A stretch of DNA of 64,000 nucleotides from Candidatus Levyibacteriota bacterium (GTDB lineage: Bacteria; Patescibacteriota; Microgenomatia; Levybacterales; UBA12049). Shown piece after piece: positions 62,353-64,000 of this stretch. Position numbers and translations under genes: made by a program. The DNA lies in contig JAYRIM010000023.1 in assembly GCA_041906785.1 (NCBI GenBank), forward strand, positions 64,019-128,018, in the 5' to 3' direction. Position 1 is the stretch's first letter. Each line of letters starts with the position of its first letter. The notes below the pieces were generated by a model. The model searched no databases. It had not been told where the DNA came from and worked only from the letters and a program-made list of their open reading frames with translations.

Positions 62353-63660
62353 TTATGCAATCATTCTTTCAGGATATACAGCTCGGAATTCTCGTATTGC
62401 TGTCACTTTCACTTCTCCAGGAACCGCAAGAGATTTACTGACTTCTTCTTGAATTTTTCGTGAGATGAGTAACGTCTGATTATCATCAAGAACTCCAGGA
62501 TTTATAATAACACGTAATTCACGACCAGCCTCAAATGCATACGCATCTTCTACGCCTTCATACCGTTTTGCGATCTCTTCCATTTCCGTCAAACGCTTTG
62601 CGTAGTTTTCAATATCTTCATATCTCGCACCAGGCCGCATGCCTGAAATTTTATCTGCAGTCGCAACGACGATAGATTCTATTCTCGAAAATGGCTTATC
62701 TTCATGATGTTCAGCAACACAGTCAATAACTTCTTCAGGAAAGTTATATCGTTTTAAGAAATCAACACCGAGTTTCACATGGCTTCCTTCACCTTCGAGA
62801 ACTTTTCCTATATCATGAAAGAGACATCCAAGTCTAACAATATCCACATTCGCGCCTATTTCTTGTGCGAGATGAATACCAATCTTTGTTTCCTCAAGCG
62901 TATGCACTACTAAATTCTGTCCGAAAGATGTACGGAATTTAAATCGCCCGAGTGCTGCATATAAATCTGCTGAGAGATTGAAAACGCCTACTTCTGCTGC
63001 TAATTTCTGTCCTTCATCTAGCATAATCTTCTCAACTTCTTTTTTCGTTTGTTCTACGACTTCTTCAATTCTGAAAGGCTGAATTCTCGCATCTTTGAGA
63101 AGAATTAATAATGCGCGGCGTCCGATTTCCCGACGGACTGAATCAAATGATGAAAGTTTAATCACTCCTTCTTCATCCAAATCTACATCTACACCAGTCG
63201 CCTGCTCAAAAGCACGAATATTCCGGCCTTCTTTACCGATAATTCGTCCTTTCATTTCTTCATTTTCGACATGAACGATTGAAACAGTATATTCTGGAAT
63301 ATAATTTATCGCGCCATGGCGAATACTATCGAGGAGGATTTCCTGAGCTTTTACATCTGCAGTCGCTTTCGCTTCTTCTTCACGTTCTTTTATAATTTTC
63401 GCCATTCCAGCTGCAGCGAGCTGTTCTGCTTCTTTTAGAAGTTCTTCCTTCGCCTCATCTCGAGTTAAAGAAGATACTTTCTCAAGCTTTTCGAGATAGT
63501 CTTCTTGTTTTTGCCTAAGCTGCTCGTCTAACTTTTCAAGCTGTTCTTGTTTTTGTTCGAGTTTCTCTTGACGTTCTAAAAGTTTTTTCTCAAGAAGTAT
63601 TAAATCTTGCTGTGTTGCTACATCTGCCATACTATTTTCTAGGCAATAAGAAGAAACCAA
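62353..63660 (-). CDS. rny: Ribonuclease Y (KH + HD domains), apparently without N-terminal TM anchor
   Basis: Coiled-coil N-terminus, KH (IGKEGRNIRAFEQATGVDV), HD (HSLEVA-like …LFHDIGK…). ATG start at 63630 (MADVATQQ). Confidence 0.85.
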   Translation of the reverse strand: MVSSYCLENSMADVATQQDLILLEKKLLERQEKLEQKQEQLEKLDEQLRQKQEDYLEKLEKVSSLTRDEAKEELLKEAEQLAAAGMAKIIKEREEEAKATADVKAQEILLDSIRHGAINYIPEYTVSIVHVENEEMKGRIIGKEGRNIRAFEQATGVDVDLDEEGVIKLSSFDSVRREIGRRALLILLKDARIQPFRIEEVVEQTKKEVEKIMLDEGQKLAAEVGVFNLSADLYAALGRFKFRTSFGQNLVVHTLEETKIGIHLAQEIGANVDIVRLGCLFHDIGKVLEGEGSHVKLGVDFLKRYNFPEEVIDCVAEHHEDKPFSRIESIVVATADKISGMRPGARYEDIENYAKRLTEMEEIAKRYEGVEDAYAFEAGRELRVIINPGVLDDNQTLLISRKIQEEVSKSLAVPGEVKVTAIREFRAVYPERMIA

Positions 63661-63753
63661 GTTGGACTTGGTTGTTTATGCTTCGTATAACGAAAGAAGG
63701 ACTCTTAACATAAATACGTAAGTGCAATCTTCTCTTGCCACTCTTAGAAGGTA

Positions 63754-64000
63754 TTATACTCCATCACGTAAAACCTCGTCAATGCTGGACTTAATCGTGT
63801 CCCAATCAAAACCTCTTCGTGCTAGGTGAGCGCCGAGCTTTTGATATATTTCATATTTTGGTAGATCTTTATATTTTCCAATCTTTTTCTCAACTATCTT
63901 TTTCGCAGACTCATCATCATTCTGAATTCTTAATTCTGAACTCTGAAGTACTTTATCGATAATATCTTGTCCAATTCCTTTTTGTTTCAATTCCAGTTTT
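63754..64000 (-). CDS. recX: RecX-family regulatory protein, C-terminal part (N-terminus beyond window end)
   Basis: …KYEIYQKLGAHLARRGFDWDTIKSSIDEV resembles the last RecX repeat. The reading frame stays open to the window edge, so the track's TTG start is not a true start. Confidence 0.55.
   Translation of the reverse strand, partial: KLELKQKGIGQDIIDKVLQSSELRIQNDDESAKKIVEKKIGKYKDLPKYEIYQKLGAHLARRGFDWDTIKSSIDEVLRDGV

Noticed and set aside
63655-63673. Hairpin AACCAAGT-TGG-ACTTGGTT between recX and rny, considered as a terminator
   Set aside because: It is only about 25 nt upstream of the rny start codon with no room for a separate promoter. More likely an intra-operon stem-loop; not listed as a terminator.

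Overview
This 64 kb window is dense, low-GC (roughly mid-30s %) bacterial chromosome with standard stop-codon usage: TGA, TAA and TAG all terminate ORFs. Most of it is housekeeping genes on the minus strand, with frequent 1-4 nt ATGA/TAATG gene overlaps. Recognisable content:

- RNA processing and translation: a 5' fragment of RNase J, a nusA-infB-(degenerate nrnA-like)-rpsO-pnp cluster with no rbfA or truB, and RNase Y.
- Chaperones: hrcA-grpE-dnaK-(PHP phosphoesterase)-cbpA/dnaJ-like.
- Core functions: tsaD, greA, murB, metG, class I lysS, HU, and a recX fragment.
- Other enzymes: a helicase-nuclease fusion, TatD, a HAD hydrolase and an FNR-like reductase.
- An unannotated RNase P RNA (rnpB) at about 56780..57159, which the ORF track covers with a spurious ORF.

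The genome style fits a reduced-genome, CPR/Patescibacteria-like organism. I infer this from the short IF2, RNase Y plus RNase J, class I LysRS, many small membrane proteins and low-complexity protein tails; I cannot verify it.

Unusual content worth a second look:

1. AAA+ remodelling proteins with missing or degenerate modules:
   - a Lon AAA+ module with no protease domain;
   - a ClpC with no M-domain, split into two translationally coupled ORFs (N-domain+NBD1 and NBD2), each ending or starting with a disordered low-complexity region, and coupled by ATGA overlaps to a DUF360/phage-holin-4-like membrane protein and a NUDIX hydrolase;
   - a membrane-anchored ClpB-like protein with a degenerate first Walker A, coupled to a DedA protein.
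2. Eight tightly linked genes (possibly one operon) running from a near-consensus promoter: greA, a small ORF, tdh, kbl, a two-subunit ATP-citrate lyase (aclB/aclA), murB, and a LeuA/NifV-family acetyl-CoA condensing enzyme.
3. Class I LysRS with a C-terminal B3/4 domain.
4. RG/RD-repeat and Q-rich tails on PNPase and on a catalytically degenerate NrnA-like protein.
5. A polyprenyl-phosphate glycan cluster: UbiA DPPR-synthase-like, MraY/WecA-like, GT-C and processive GT2.
6. An ABC exporter with four tandem ABC-2 permease paralogs, next to a four-helix-bundle gene flanked by recurring CTAAACGCTA-type motifs.
7. Several intergenic repeat and inverted-repeat structures.

All calls are from reading the translations and sequence by eye; no database searches were run.
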